Source of the DNA: an uncultured Clostridia bacterium | GTDB taxonomy: Bacteria; Bacillota; Clostridia; TANB77; CAG-465 | Assembly: GCA_947628005.1 (NCBI GenBank) | Contig: CANQYI010000004.1 | Span: forward strand, 80,042 to 144,041 | Direction: 5' to 3' | DNA length: 64,000 bases | Part shown: positions 1 to 10,509 of the stretch, in pieces | Numbering within the stretch: position 1 is the first letter of the stretch | How the letters are laid out: each line of letters begins with the position of its first letter | Notes under the pieces: model-generated | What the model was told of the DNA's origin: nothing | Database searches by the model: none | Seen by the model: the letters and a program-made list of their open reading frames with translations, nothing else | Position numbers and translations under genes: made by a program

Positions 1-2229
1 TCATTTGTACTTGACTGTACACCATTTAGTTATGTATTATTTGGAGTAGCAAGTGTATTTAACGTCCCACTTTTACTAGTACTAGTATTTTCAATTTTAG
101 GAATTTCTAGTACAAGCTTTTCTACTGCAGTATTAATAAAATTACTAGTTTTCTTTGTGCTGTTTACTTTTATAACTGCACTTGTAAATGTTCAAGGAAT
201 AAGTAAAAGATATTCTGTATTTTTTAAATTTATATTATCTGCAACTATAGTAGAAGTAGTATTTAATTTTATAAATTCAACACTATTTACAAATATGTTA
301 CCAATATTATCAAACTTAGTTATTTTTGCAATATTGTATTTTGTATTTGTAGCAGGTATGTATGTGTTAATTAATTTTAATAAAGGATACGTGTATACTA
401 AAGAAGAAAGTGTAGCAATGATGGCAGTGCTTGCAATTGCTCTTACTATATTTAAGGACGTTCAGTTTTTAGGACTATCAGTTTTTAATGTACTAATTTT
501 AGTTATGGTGCTATTATTTGGGTATAAAAAAGGGCCAATTTATGGAGGCGCAACAGGTTTAATTATAGGTTTACTTCTTACAATGATAACACCAATTAGC
601 ATGACTTACATAGTATCTTTAGCATTTAGTGGTATTATATCTGGTATACTTAGTAAATTTGGAAAATTAGCTGTCGTTTTAGGCTTTATTGCAGGAAATA
701 TATATATAATTTACTATGCCAACGAATTTTCTTTACTCACAATTAGAATAAGCGAGATTTTAGTGGCAAGTGTACCTTTATTATTTATACCAAAAGCATT
801 AGAATTAAAATTAGAAAGTTTATTTAATAAAAATAAAACATTAAATAGCACATATGAAAATGTTTTAGATACAGCAAGCAGTGCAAGAAAAAAAGTAGGC
901 GCTGTATCAGAAGTATTTGAAAATTTAGCAAATACTTGTGTGGATGTTACAAGTGAAGATGTATCAGAAACAAAAGATGTAATAAAAAAATATATAAAAG
1001 ATTATACTTATAATACTTGTATTGATTGTAAGAAAAAATCAGAATGTATATCAGAAGAAAAATTAAATAAAATAGTTGATGATATATATGAAAAACTAGA
1101 AAACAACCAAATACTTGATAGTTCTGTACTTACTTTTGATTGCTCTGAGGCTACAAAAATTGTTGAGGGCATACAAGATATTTATAATAGTATAAAATTT
1201 GTAAGAATTTTAAAGAATAAAGAAAAAGAAAACAGTACAAAGATATCAAATCAGTATAAAGAAGTATCTAAAATATTGTCTAATGTAGCTAAAAATATAA
1301 AAAATGATAATATAGTAAAAAGTAAGGAACAAGAAAGATTAGCTCAGGAATTAAAATTTTATGGCTTTATAGTGTACGAAGATTATTTTGAAAAAAATGA
1401 AAATGGTATAGAGTATACTTTCGTAACAGATATATTGACAGATATTGATAGACAAAAGAAGCAAATTATAAATATTGCTACAGATATTTTAGAACAAGAT
1501 ATGTCAATAAAATTAATTCTTAATAGTAGTAAGAAAGAAAAATCAAGAATAAAACTTGTTTCCACTCCTGCTTTTGAAGTGCAAACTGGTATTTGCAGTT
1601 TTATAAAAACAAATGAAACAGTTTCAGGAGATTCTTATTCTAGTTATGAATTAAACGATTTAAAACATATAAGTATTTTAAGTGATGGAGTAGGCTCAGG
1701 AAAATCAGCTTCAATTGCATCAAGTTCAGTAATATCAATGCTTGAAAAATTATTAGATGGTGGATTTAATGATGAGAAGGCAATTGAAATAATAAACAGT
1801 GTTATAAAATTAAAAGCTGAGGAGGAAGCATATTCAACTTTAGATACAGTAATTATAGATTTAAGAAACGCTAATGCAAGTTTTATAAAACTTGGATCAG
1901 CACCAACATATATAATAGAAAATGGTAAGATAATAACTATAAATAATTCAAATATTCCAGTAGGCTTATTGACTGATGTAGAATATGTACCAATAACAAA
2001 AAAACTTGAAAGTGGAAGTATTGTAGTACAAATTACAGATGGAGTAATTTCAGAAAAAGAGAGCGATATCTCTGATAATTATTTTACAAAATATTTACAA
2101 ACTATAGATACTACAAAGAATTCTAGAACAATAGCTGATGAAATATCAAAATTTATTTATAAAGAAAAGAATAATAATTTCGATGATGATATTACCGTAT
2201 TAGTCACTAAAATAAAAAAAGTTATGTAA
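1..2229 (+). CDS. spoIIE: Stage II sporulation protein E (SpoIIE), 5'-partial; polytopic N-terminal membrane domain plus C-terminal PP2C phosphatase
   Basis: Frame 1 is open from nt 1 (no stop before the listed ATG at 157), so the gene begins upstream of the window. About 10 predicted TM helices are followed by a PP2C-like C-terminus ending DDDITVLVTKIKK, typical of SpoIIE. Confidence 0.85.
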   Translation, partial: SFVLDCTPFSYVLFGVASVFNVPLLLVLVFSILGISSTSFSTAVLIKLLVFFVLFTFITALVNVQGISKRYSVFFKFILSATIVEVVFNFINSTLFTNMLPILSNLVIFAILYFVFVAGMYVLINFNKGYVYTKEESVAMMAVLAIALTIFKDVQFLGLSVFNVLILVMVLLFGYKKGPIYGGATGLIIGLLLTMITPISMTYIVSLAFSGIISGILSKFGKLAVVLGFIAGNIYIIYYANEFSLLTIRISEILVASVPLLFIPKALELKLESLFNKNKTLNSTYENVLDTASSARKKVGAVSEVFENLANTCVDVTSEDVSETKDVIKKYIKDYTYNTCIDCKKKSECISEEKLNKIVDDIYEKLENNQILDSSVLTFDCSEATKIVEGIQDIYNSIKFVRILKNKEKENSTKISNQYKEVSKILSNVAKNIKNDNIVKSKEQERLAQELKFYGFIVYEDYFEKNENGIEYTFVTDILTDIDRQKKQIINIATDILEQDMSIKLILNSSKKEKSRIKLVSTPAFEVQTGICSFIKTNETVSGDSYSSYELNDLKHISILSDGVGSGKSASIASSSVISMLEKLLDGGFNDEKAIEIINSVIKLKAEEEAYSTLDTVIIDLRNANASFIKLGSAPTYIIENGKIITINNSNIPVGLLTDVEYVPITKKLESGSIVVQITDGVISEKESDISDNYFTKYLQTIDTTKNSRTIADEISKFIYKEKNNNFDDDITVLVTKIKKVM

Positions 2230-2237
2230 TTATTAAA

Positions 2238-2274
2238 AGAATACACTAAAAATGGAGTGTATTCTTTTATTTTG
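2238..2274 (+). terminator. Rho-independent terminator after spoIIE
   Basis: Hairpin agaatacact...agtgtattct followed by a T-run. Confidence 0.6.
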
Positions 2275-2306
2275 CAAATCATATAATTAAATGTGGTGTA
2301 AATATA

Positions 2307-3638
2307 ATGATTAATTTTAAAAATATAATAATTAATTTACAAGAACTTGTATGGTCTCTACCAGTAATTTTTTTACTTATTTTTACTCATTTATACTTTA
2401 CAATAAAACTTAAATTTCCACAAAGGGGAATAGTAGCTGGACTAAAGTATATGTTTAAATTTAAAGATGAAAAAATTGAGAGTAATAGCAGTGGAATTAG
2501 CTCTTATAAGGCGTTAATGTCTGTACTAGCAGCAACTTTAGGAACAGGAAATATAATAGGGATTGCAACTGCTATAGCTATTGGAGGAATAGGTAGTATA
2601 TTTTGGATTTTTGTATCAGGGATTATTGCAATAGCAACAAAATATGCTGAGACATATATAGTTTTGAAGTATAGAAAAAAAGATAAAAATGGTTATTACG
2701 GTGGAACAATGTATGTCCTATCTGAAAGAATTGATAATAAATTGTTAGGAATTTTATTTAGTATATTTTTAATAATTGCATCATTTGGAATAGGAGCAAT
2801 GATTCAATCTAATTCAGCTGTTAATTCGATAATTACAACTTTTAAAATTAATAAAAGGGTAGTAGCAATTATTATTACCATATTATGTACTTATGTTATA
2901 TTTGGCAATGAAAAAAGAATATCTAATATAAGTAGCATATTAGTTCCACTTGCTACATTTGTATATCTTTTTATGTGCATTGCACTTATGATACAATTTA
3001 GAAATTTTTTAATTCCGAGCATAATTAGAATAGTAAAACAGGCATTTAATTTTAGATCTGCTACAGGTGGAATATTATCAAGTATAATGATTGCATCAAT
3101 GTCAGCTGGATTTTCTAAAGGCTTATTTTCAAATGAAGCAGGAATGGGAAGTTCTCCAATTTTTGATTGTACTGTTAGAGAAAATAATATATCAAAACAA
3201 TCTTTAATATCTTCTACGGCTGTATTTATTGACACAGTAATACTTTGTACTATAACGGGAATAATTTTGGTGTCAAGTTCAAGTTATCTTGTATGTTATG
3301 ATCCAATTCAAATGGTAAATATGACATTTTCAAAGTTCCCATTTGGAGAATTTTTCTTAACATTTTCGCTAGTAATATTTTCAATTGCTACTATACCGTG
3401 CTGGGGCTACTATGGAAGTTGTGGTGTAAAATTTCTATTCAAATCTCGAAATTTTTATATGATAATATATAAATTAATTTATGCAATTTGTATATACATG
3501 GGAGCAATTTTTACTTTAGATACAGTGTGGAGTCTGTCTGCTATAGCAAATGGACTTATGATATTACCTAATATATACATGCTCTTTAAACTTAGTAGGG
3601 AAATTAAATATACAAAAAAAGACTTGAATAAATCGTAA
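2307..3638 (+). CDS. Alanine/glycine:cation symporter (AGCS family amino-acid carrier)
   Basis: Polytopic membrane protein with the AGCS hallmark LGTGNIIGIATAIAIGG and a C-terminal permease fold. Confidence 0.8.
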   Translation: MINFKNIIINLQELVWSLPVIFLLIFTHLYFTIKLKFPQRGIVAGLKYMFKFKDEKIESNSSGISSYKALMSVLAATLGTGNIIGIATAIAIGGIGSIFWIFVSGIIAIATKYAETYIVLKYRKKDKNGYYGGTMYVLSERIDNKLLGILFSIFLIIASFGIGAMIQSNSAVNSIITTFKINKRVVAIIITILCTYVIFGNEKRISNISSILVPLATFVYLFMCIALMIQFRNFLIPSIIRIVKQAFNFRSATGGILSSIMIASMSAGFSKGLFSNEAGMGSSPIFDCTVRENNISKQSLISSTAVFIDTVILCTITGIILVSSSSYLVCYDPIQMVNMTFSKFPFGEFFLTFSLVIFSIATIPCWGYYGSCGVKFLFKSRNFYMIIYKLIYAICIYMGAIFTLDTVWSLSAIANGLMILPNIYMLFKLSREIKYTKKDLNKS

Positions 3639-3698
3639 TGCTATGATACAATTGGTGCATAAAAAAATTTATCATTAACTTAATAGTGGGGTGACATT

Positions 3699-4166
3699 AT
3701 GCATAAATGTAGATGTAATGAAATATGCTCTTTGGATTTATCAGAGTATAATATAATATTAATGGATTCTAGTAAGATTAGGAACAACTGTAGCTTAGAT
3801 GAATATATATGCTTAAAATGTGGCTATACTATCTCTAGTAAAATTATAGATGAAATATGTAATTTGATAAATGTTACTAATTTTAGATATCCACGGGAAA
3901 TTTTGTTTTATGAATTAGAAGAAGTTTTGAAAGAGTTGGAAAATAGAGATATCTGCTTATCAGATTATTATATATACATTATAATGAAGTTTATAGTATA
4001 TTTATATAATTGTAAAAAAGTAGATTTAGTAAAAATGTATGGCTTTGATTATTTAAGAAATTATGTAATTAATTTTGTATTAGATGAACCAAGTAAATTC
4101 CCATTTAAAAAGAGCGAAATAAAAATTTTAAAAAATATTATTTATAATAGTTTAATTTTAAAATAA
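3699..4166 (+). CDS. Hypothetical Cys-rich protein (possible N-terminal zinc ribbon)
   Basis: ORF with an RBS (ggggtga) 5 nt upstream; CxC...CxxC near the N-terminus; no recognisable family. Confidence 0.5.
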   Translation: MHKCRCNEICSLDLSEYNIILMDSSKIRNNCSLDEYICLKCGYTISSKIIDEICNLINVTNFRYPREILFYELEEVLKELENRDICLSDYYIYIIMKFIVYLYNCKKVDLVKMYGFDYLRNYVINFVLDEPSKFPFKKSEIKILKNIIYNSLILK

Positions 4167-4173
4167 GCACAAT

Positions 4174-4204
4174 AAGAGAAGAAGTTATCTTCTCTTATTT
4201 TTTT
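4174..4204 (+). terminator. Rho-independent terminator
   Basis: aagagaag-loop-cttctctt followed by a T7 run. Confidence 0.6.
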
Positions 4205-4259
4205 ACTATGTACATTTTATTAATATTTTGATATAATGTTAAAAATGGAGGGACATGTA

Positions 4260-7200
4260 ATGGGATTTGTGCATTTGCATGTGCATACTGAATACAGTTT
4301 GCTAGATGGTGCAATAAGAATAAAAGATTTAGTAAAAAAAGTAAAAGAAAATTCTATGAATGCAGTTGCAATAACGGATCATGGAAATATGTTTGGCGCA
4401 ATAGAATTTTACAAAGAATGTGTTGCAAATTCAATAAAGCCAATTATTGGATGTGAAGTATATGTGGCTCCTAGAAGTAGATTTGAAAAAGATGGTAAGA
4501 TAGATCAAGAACCAAGCCACTTAATTTTACTTGCAATGAATAATACGGGCTACCATAATTTAGTAAAATTGTGTTCCTTAGGGTATACTGAAGGATTTTA
4601 TTATAAGCCAAGAATTGATATGGAAGCATTAAAAAAATATAATGAAGGTCTTATTTGCCTTTCAGCATGTCTTGCTTCAAAGTTATCAAAAAAAATAATA
4701 TCAAATGACATTGACGGAGCAAAAGATTTAATAAGTGAATTTATAGATATATTTGGAAAAGATAGATATTATTTAGAATTACAAGATAATAAAATAAGAG
4801 AACAGGTACTAGTAAATCAAAAGTTAATAGAATTATCTAAAGAATTTGGATTAGGACTTGTAGCAACAAATGACTGTCACTATTTAAATAAAGAAGACTA
4901 CTACTTCCATGAAATTTTACTTTGTATACAAACTCGAAAAACAATGAGTGACGAAGATAGAATGTCATTTAAAACAAATGAATTTTATTTAAAAACTCCT
5001 CAAGAGATGGAGGAAGGATTTAACAATATAAAAGAGGCCATATTAAATACTCAAAAAATAGCAGATATGTGTAATGTAACAATAGATTTTGGAAAGACTA
5101 TACTTCCAGAGTTTAAAATAGATGAAAATATATCACATTTAGAATACTTTAAAAAAATGTGTTATGAGGGAATAAAAAATAGATATGGCGATAAAGAAAA
5201 TTATGATCAAGCCAAAAAGAGATTAGATTATGAAATAGACGTTATTGATAAAATGGGCTACATAGACTATTTTTTAATAGTACAAGATTTTATAAATTAT
5301 GCTAAAAGTGTAAAAATAAAAGTTGGACCGGGAAGAGGAAGCGGTGCAGGCTCAATAGCAGCGTATGCTATTGGAATAACTGATATTGATCCCCTTAAAT
5401 TTAATTTAATATTTGAAAGATTTTTAAATCCTGAAAGAGTAAGTATGCCAGATTTTGATGTTGACTTTTGCTATGAGAGACGAGGCGAAGTAATTGATTA
5501 TGTTACAAAAAAATATGGAAAAGATCATGTGGCTCAAATAATAACTTTTGGTACTATGGCTGCAAGAGCTGCTGTAAGAGATGTTGGACGTGCACTTGAT
5601 GTGTCTTATCAAAAGACTGATAAACTTGCTAAATTAATACCTCATGTAATGAATATGACTATTGACAGAGCACTTAAAGAAAATGAAGAGTTATTATCAA
5701 TGTATCAAACTGATAATGAAGTAAAGGAAATAATTGATATAGCCAAAAAAATTGAGGGATTGCCACGCCATGCTTCTACCCATGCAGCAGGAGTTGTAAT
5801 CACAAAAGAACCAGTAGTAAATTATGTTCCATTATACTCAAATGCAGATTTAATTTCTACACAGTATACAATGACAACATTAGAAGAATTAGGCCTATTA
5901 AAAATGGATTTTTTAGGACTAAGAACTTTAACTGTAATCTCTGATACAATAAAATTAGTTGAAAAAATACATAATATAAAATTCAAATTTGATGATAACA
6001 TGGATGATAAAGAAGTATTTAAACTACTCTCAGATGGAAACACAGTTGGTATATTTCAGCTTGAAAGTAGTGGAATAAAGAGGGTAATTAAACAATTAAA
6101 ACCAGACTGCATAGAAGATATAATAGTTGTTTTATCTTTGTATAGACCTGGCCCTATGGATCAAATACCAAGGTATATAGAGAGTAAAAGAAGTGGAAAA
6201 ATAGAGTACCTTCATGAATCATTAGAACCAATTTTAAAATCTACATATGGATGTATGGTATATCAAGAACAAGTAATGCAAATATTTAGAGAACTTGCTG
6301 GCTATAGCTATGGAAGAGCAGATATAGTTAGAAGGGCAATGAGCAAAAAGAAAGTTGACGTTATGAACAAGGAAAGAGATGTGTTCATAAAAGGAGCAAA
6401 AGCAAGAGGAATAACTGAAAATATAGCCAATAAGATATTTGATGAAATGTCAGATTTTGCAAAATATGCATTTAATAAATCTCACGCAGCCTGCTATGCA
6501 GTTGTCGCATATCAAACAGCTTACCTTAAAACTTATTATCCTCACGAATTTTTTGCAGCTACTATGAATAGTTTAATGGGGGATTTTACTAAAATAGCTG
6601 AATATATAAATGAATGTAAAAAAATAGGAATAGAAGTATTAAGACCTGATATAAATGAAAGTTATACTAAATTTGCAGTAGTGAACAAAAAAATAAGATT
6701 TGCTTTGGTATCTATAAAAAATGTAGGAGAAAATGCAATAAATTATATATTAAGTGAAAGAGAACAGAATGGTAAATATACTAGCTTTATAGATTTTATA
6801 AAGAGGACAGCTTCAGAAAATGTAAATAAAAAATGTATAGAAAGTTTAATAAAAGCTGGTTGCTTCGATGAAATAGAAAAGGATTTAACAAGATATGATT
6901 TATTAGAGTCTTTTGAAAATATAGTTGATGGTGTTGTTCAAACAAGAAAATCAAATTATGAAAATCAAATCAATTTATTTGAAAATTCTAATACAAATAC
7001 TAGTCAAGATATTGTAATTAATAAAAGTGCTCATATTCCAACAAAAAAAGAACTTCTAGAAATGGAAAAAGAAATGATTGGACTTTATATATCAGGACAT
7101 CCTTTAGATGAATATATGGATTACATAGAGAAAAATTCTACTATTAGTAGCAAAGATTTAACCTCATTTACAGAAGATGAAAATGAAAGTGAAGAAGATA

Positions 7201-7703
7201 TTATAAAAAATTACGATAATAAACAAGTTACATATTGTGGAATAGTGTCTAAGGTAAAAGTTATGAACACAAAATCTGGTAAACAGATGATATTTGCAGA
7301 TGTAGAAGATATATACGGAAGTCTTGAGGTAGTAGTTTTTCCTACATTATTTAGTAAATTTCACTCTTTGATAAAACCAGATGAAGTTATAAAAATAACT
7401 GGAAGAATAAATATTACTGAAGAAGAGAAACCAAAAATTTTAGTTAGTAATATAGAAAAAATAATAAAGTCTAAAAAAATTTATATTAAAATACCTAAAG
7501 ATAAATTTGAACTAGAAAGTAGAGTACAGGAGGCAATTAAAAATTTACCACAAGAAAATAAGGGAGAAAGTCCTGTATATCTATATTTTGAAGGAACAAA
7601 TAAAATGAAATTAATTTCTAGACCATACTGGTTAAATAATAATGAAAATACTGTTGAAAATTTGTATACAATGTTTGGAAAAGAAAATGTTAGATTAAAA
7701 TAA
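4260..7703 (+). CDS. dnaE: DNA polymerase III alpha subunit (DnaE-type)
   Basis: N-terminal PHP domain (HLHVHTEYSLLDGA, ITDHGNMFGA), a polymerase core (GPGRGSGAGS, FDVDFC) and a C-terminal OB fold. The start at 4260 has a GGAGGG RBS 8 nt upstream; the ORF-track ATG at 4236 lies inside the -10 box. Confidence 0.9.
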   Translation: MGFVHLHVHTEYSLLDGAIRIKDLVKKVKENSMNAVAITDHGNMFGAIEFYKECVANSIKPIIGCEVYVAPRSRFEKDGKIDQEPSHLILLAMNNTGYHNLVKLCSLGYTEGFYYKPRIDMEALKKYNEGLICLSACLASKLSKKIISNDIDGAKDLISEFIDIFGKDRYYLELQDNKIREQVLVNQKLIELSKEFGLGLVATNDCHYLNKEDYYFHEILLCIQTRKTMSDEDRMSFKTNEFYLKTPQEMEEGFNNIKEAILNTQKIADMCNVTIDFGKTILPEFKIDENISHLEYFKKMCYEGIKNRYGDKENYDQAKKRLDYEIDVIDKMGYIDYFLIVQDFINYAKSVKIKVGPGRGSGAGSIAAYAIGITDIDPLKFNLIFERFLNPERVSMPDFDVDFCYERRGEVIDYVTKKYGKDHVAQIITFGTMAARAAVRDVGRALDVSYQKTDKLAKLIPHVMNMTIDRALKENEELLSMYQTDNEVKEIIDIAKKIEGLPRHASTHAAGVVITKEPVVNYVPLYSNADLISTQYTMTTLEELGLLKMDFLGLRTLTVISDTIKLVEKIHNIKFKFDDNMDDKEVFKLLSDGNTVGIFQLESSGIKRVIKQLKPDCIEDIIVVLSLYRPGPMDQIPRYIESKRSGKIEYLHESLEPILKSTYGCMVYQEQVMQIFRELAGYSYGRADIVRRAMSKKKVDVMNKERDVFIKGAKARGITENIANKIFDEMSDFAKYAFNKSHAACYAVVAYQTAYLKTYYPHEFFAATMNSLMGDFTKIAEYINECKKIGIEVLRPDINESYTKFAVVNKKIRFALVSIKNVGENAINYILSEREQNGKYTSFIDFIKRTASENVNKKCIESLIKAGCFDEIEKDLTRYDLLESFENIVDGVVQTRKSNYENQINLFENSNTNTSQDIVINKSAHIPTKKELLEMEKEMIGLYISGHPLDEYMDYIEKNSTISSKDLTSFTEDENESEEDIIKNYDNKQVTYCGIVSKVKVMNTKSGKQMIFADVEDIYGSLEVVVFPTLFSKFHSLIKPDEVIKITGRINITEEEKPKILVSNIEKIIKSKKIYIKIPKDKFELESRVQEAIKNLPQENKGESPVYLYFEGTNKMKLISRPYWLNNNENTVENLYTMFGKENVRLK

Positions 7704-7719
7704 ATAAAGAGAATATTCC

Positions 7720-7748
7720 TTGACAAAATTTACATAATATTGTATAAT
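7720..7748 (+). promoter_or_regulatory. Consensus sigma-A promoter (TTGACA-17-TGnTATAAT)
   Basis: ttgaca at 7720-7725, 17-nt spacer, tgtataat at 7741-7748. Confidence 0.6.
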
Positions 7749-7807
7749 ATTAATATCTGTAGAACGATCAATAATAAACATAAATGTGTAGATTAGGAGG
7801 CATAATT

Positions 7808-8041
7808 ATGATTTCAAAACGGAAATTGCTTGCTTCTATTGTAGAAGCACTAATAATTATTGCATGGTTTTTCTTTGAATTCGATTTGATTATTTTATTA
7901 ATATTCATTGATGCACTGGAAAGACCTGTTGAGGCGCTCGCAATTTTGATTTTGATAAGCATTACAACAGATTCTTTTCTCCATGCAAATAATGATAAGA
8001 TGCTGGAAAAGTTCAAAGAGTTCCTTTTTACCACAGAATAA
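7808..8041 (+). CDS. Small (77 aa) two-helix membrane protein, unknown function
   Basis: AGGAGG RBS 7 nt before the ATG at 7808; two hydrophobic helices; the consensus promoter above and a strong terminator immediately downstream make it a self-contained monocistronic unit. Confidence 0.45.
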   Translation: MISKRKLLASIVEALIIIAWFFFEFDLIILLIFIDALERPVEALAILILISITTDSFLHANNDKMLEKFKEFLFTTE

Positions 8042-8042
8042 A

Positions 8043-8083
8043 AATAACTGCCCGTTAAATTTTAACGGGTAGTTATTTTTTTA
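8043..8083. terminator. Bidirectional Rho-independent terminator
   Basis: aataactgcccgttaaa/tttaacgggtagttatt with a GC-containing stem, flanked by an A-run and a T-run; serves the + small ORF and the convergent - SPFH gene. Confidence 0.7.
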
Positions 8084-8093
8084 ATTATTCTAA

Positions 8094-9026
8094 TTATTTT
8101 GATTTAATTACTTCTGTTGCAGCTCCTAATGCACCCATTGCTTTTGTAGCGTCAAAAGGAATAAATACTTTGTTTGCACTGCCTTGAGAAACTTTCTCTA
8201 AAGCTTCTAAAGATTTTAGTGCTACTAAATTTTGATCAGGTTTAGAATTCATAATAGCAGAATATACAACATTAATTTCTTCTGCTTTTGCAGATGCTAC
8301 CTTTCTTATTGCTTCTGCATTACCTTCAGCTTCAAGAATTTTTGCTTCTCTAACACCTTGAGCACGTCTAATACTAGATTCACGTTCAGCCTCAGCATCT
8401 AATATTGTAGACTGTTTAGCACCTTCAGCCATAGTAATTTGTGCTTGTCTTTTTCCTTCAGCCTCAAGTATAGCAGCTCTTTTATTTCTTTCTGCATTCA
8501 TTTGTTTTTCCATTGCATCTCTAATATCTACTGGTGGTTTAATATCTTTAATTTCAACACGGTCTATTTTACAACCCCATTTGTCTGTAGCTTCATCAAG
8601 TACTTGTCTTAATTGTATATTAATTTGATCTCTTGAACTAAATGTTGAATCAAGATCCATTTTACCAACTATATCACGAATAGTTGTAATTGCAAGGTAA
8701 GCAATACCTTTTTGTAAACTTTCAATTTCATAAACTGCTTTTGCAGGATCCATTATTTGATAGAATACAACAGTATCAATTGTTATTGTAACATTATCTT
8801 TTGTTATAACACCTTGAGGTGGTACATCCATTGTTTGTTGTTTTAAACTTACAACAGCTCTTGTTTTATCAACAAAAGGTAGTATAAAATTTAATCCTGC
8901 TTGAGCAATTTTATGATATCTACCAAAACGTTCTATAATTCTAACCTCAGATTGTCTTACTACTTTGATAGAAGCTAGAGCTACTATTGCTACAAGAATT
9001 AATAAAATAATAAAAAATACTTCCAT
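8094..9026 (-). CDS. SPFH/band-7 (stomatin/prohibitin-like) membrane protein
   Basis: N-terminal TM, SPFH domain, and an EA-rich coiled-coil C-terminus. Confidence 0.85.
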   Translation of the reverse strand: MEVFFIILLILVAIVALASIKVVRQSEVRIIERFGRYHKIAQAGLNFILPFVDKTRAVVSLKQQTMDVPPQGVITKDNVTITIDTVVFYQIMDPAKAVYEIESLQKGIAYLAITTIRDIVGKMDLDSTFSSRDQINIQLRQVLDEATDKWGCKIDRVEIKDIKPPVDIRDAMEKQMNAERNKRAAILEAEGKRQAQITMAEGAKQSTILDAEAERESSIRRAQGVREAKILEAEGNAEAIRKVASAKAEEINVVYSAIMNSKPDQNLVALKSLEALEKVSQGSANKVFIPFDATKAMGALGAATEVIKSK

Positions 9027-9038
9027 AAAATATTCCTC

Positions 9039-9476
9039 CTATATTTTTTTTACCTTTAACTTAATACTTTCTATATCTTCTATAATAACTGTTGCACCTT
9101 TTTCTATAACAGAATCATCTGAAGATTTAGCAGACCAAAGTTCACCACCAATTTTAACTTGACCGCTTGATTTTAAGTTATCAATCTCTACAGTAACTAT
9201 ACCATTTTTTCCTATTATAGATTTATTTGTAAGAAAGTCATTGTCATTAGTTTTGAATAATTTTTTTACTAGTGGTTTCATAAATATAATCATTAGAGTT
9301 GTAGATAGGGCAAATACTATAACTTGCACAGGGAATTTAAATCCAAGCATTGCACAAAAAGCAGCTAAAATAGCTCCAATACCAGGCCAGAACATAAAGA
9401 AAGTTATAGATACTATTTCTATAAAAAAACATACACCGGCAAGTATTAGCCATAAAGCCCATACAGGTATTGACAT
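9039..9476 (-). CDS. NfeD-family membrane protein, partner of the SPFH protein
   Basis: Three TM helices plus a C-terminal OB-fold-like domain; sits directly upstream of and co-oriented with the SPFH gene, the classic NfeD-stomatin operon. Confidence 0.8.
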   Translation of the reverse strand: MSIPVWALWLILAGVCFFIEIVSITFFMFWPGIGAILAAFCAMLGFKFPVQVIVFALSTTLMIIFMKPLVKKLFKTNDNDFLTNKSIIGKNGIVTVEIDNLKSSGQVKIGGELWSAKSSDDSVIEKGATVIIEDIESIKLKVKKI

Positions 9477-9645
9477 TTTAAGTCCTCCTTTCTCTTGAAT
9501 AATTATATATATTCTTCTAATTCAAAATTATACTATATAGCAGTGAAAAAAACAAGAAAAACATAAAAAAATGTTAAATTAATATTAATATATTGAATAA
9601 ATATTTAATATAAAGTATAATTATTAAGAAAAGGAGTGAAATAAT

Positions 9646-10338
9646 ATGGATGAAAATAATAATCCAATTATGGAAAATCAAACCAAAATATTTGATAATA
9701 ATAATGTCTTAAAAAAAGCATTTTTATGGATGTTTTTAGGACTTTTAGCTACAGGAATCATAGCTTTATATACATATAAAACTGATGCGTTAATTAGTTT
9801 TGCAATGTCTGGTGGATTGTCAATTTTATTAATATTAGAATTAGTTGTAGTAGTTGTATTTTCACTAATATCTAAAAAAGTACCACCAATTGTTGTAACA
9901 ATTTTATTTTTTATATATGCGGCGATAAATGGTGTAACATTGTCTAGTATCTTTTATGTATATCAATTAAATTCAATAGTCTATATCTTCTTTGCAGCAT
10001 CTGCAATATTTGGCATATTCGCATTACTTGGATATACAACAAAAGTTGATTTAAGTAAATTTTCTACAATATTATTTGGACTATTACTAGCAGGAATAAT
10101 AGTGAGTGTAATAAACTTATTTTTGAATAATAGTTTAGTCGATTTAGTACTTTCTTGGGTTATGTTGGTAGTATTTTTTGGAGTAACTGCTTATGATATT
10201 CAAAAGATAAAGAACTTAGCACAATATGATGGAATATATAAAGATAAATTGCACATATATGCAGCTATGGATTTTTATCTTGACTTTATTAATATATTCT
10301 TGAGATTGCTTAGTATATTTGGAAAAAGAAGAGATTAA
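9646..10338 (+). CDS. Bax-inhibitor-1/YccA family membrane protein
   Basis: Seven-TM topology with a BI-1/YccA-like signature. Confidence 0.7.
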   Translation: MDENNNPIMENQTKIFDNNNVLKKAFLWMFLGLLATGIIALYTYKTDALISFAMSGGLSILLILELVVVVVFSLISKKVPPIVVTILFFIYAAINGVTLSSIFYVYQLNSIVYIFFAASAIFGIFALLGYTTKVDLSKFSTILFGLLLAGIIVSVINLFLNNSLVDLVLSWVMLVVFFGVTAYDIQKIKNLAQYDGIYKDKLHIYAAMDFYLDFINIFLRLLSIFGKRRD

Positions 10339-10442
10339 TTATAATTCAAATTTTTATTTTGATTGACATATAATACTATATATGATAATATAAATCATAT
10401 AATCAAAATATTATTTATCTTTGAGATTAAATTGTGTAAAAT

Positions 10443-10471
10443 TTGACACACACTAAAATTTGTGCTATAAT
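10443..10471 (+). promoter_or_regulatory. Consensus sigma-A promoter
   Basis: ttgaca at 10443-10448, 17-nt spacer, tataat at 10466-10471. Confidence 0.55.
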
Positions 10472-10509
10472 AATAAAGTGTCTTAAAAAGGAAGGTGCAA
10501 TTTTTTATT

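Noticed and set aside
2891-3235. 114-aa minus-strand ORF inside the alanine symporter gene (and similar short antisense ORFs at 1383, 5424, 5822, 10809, 12795, 18006, 22886, 22918, 24136, 24658, 25794, 26758, 34039, 38123, 38308, 45895, 48420, 50097, 57613, 59207, 59731)
   Set aside because: All are embedded antisense or out-of-frame within strongly supported genes, lack SD sequences and have low-complexity translations.
4236-4259. ORF-track start of dnaE at 4236
   Set aside because: This ATG overlaps the -10 element and has no RBS. The ATG at 4260 has GGAGGG 8 nt upstream and matches the conserved MGFVHLHVHTEYS N-terminus.
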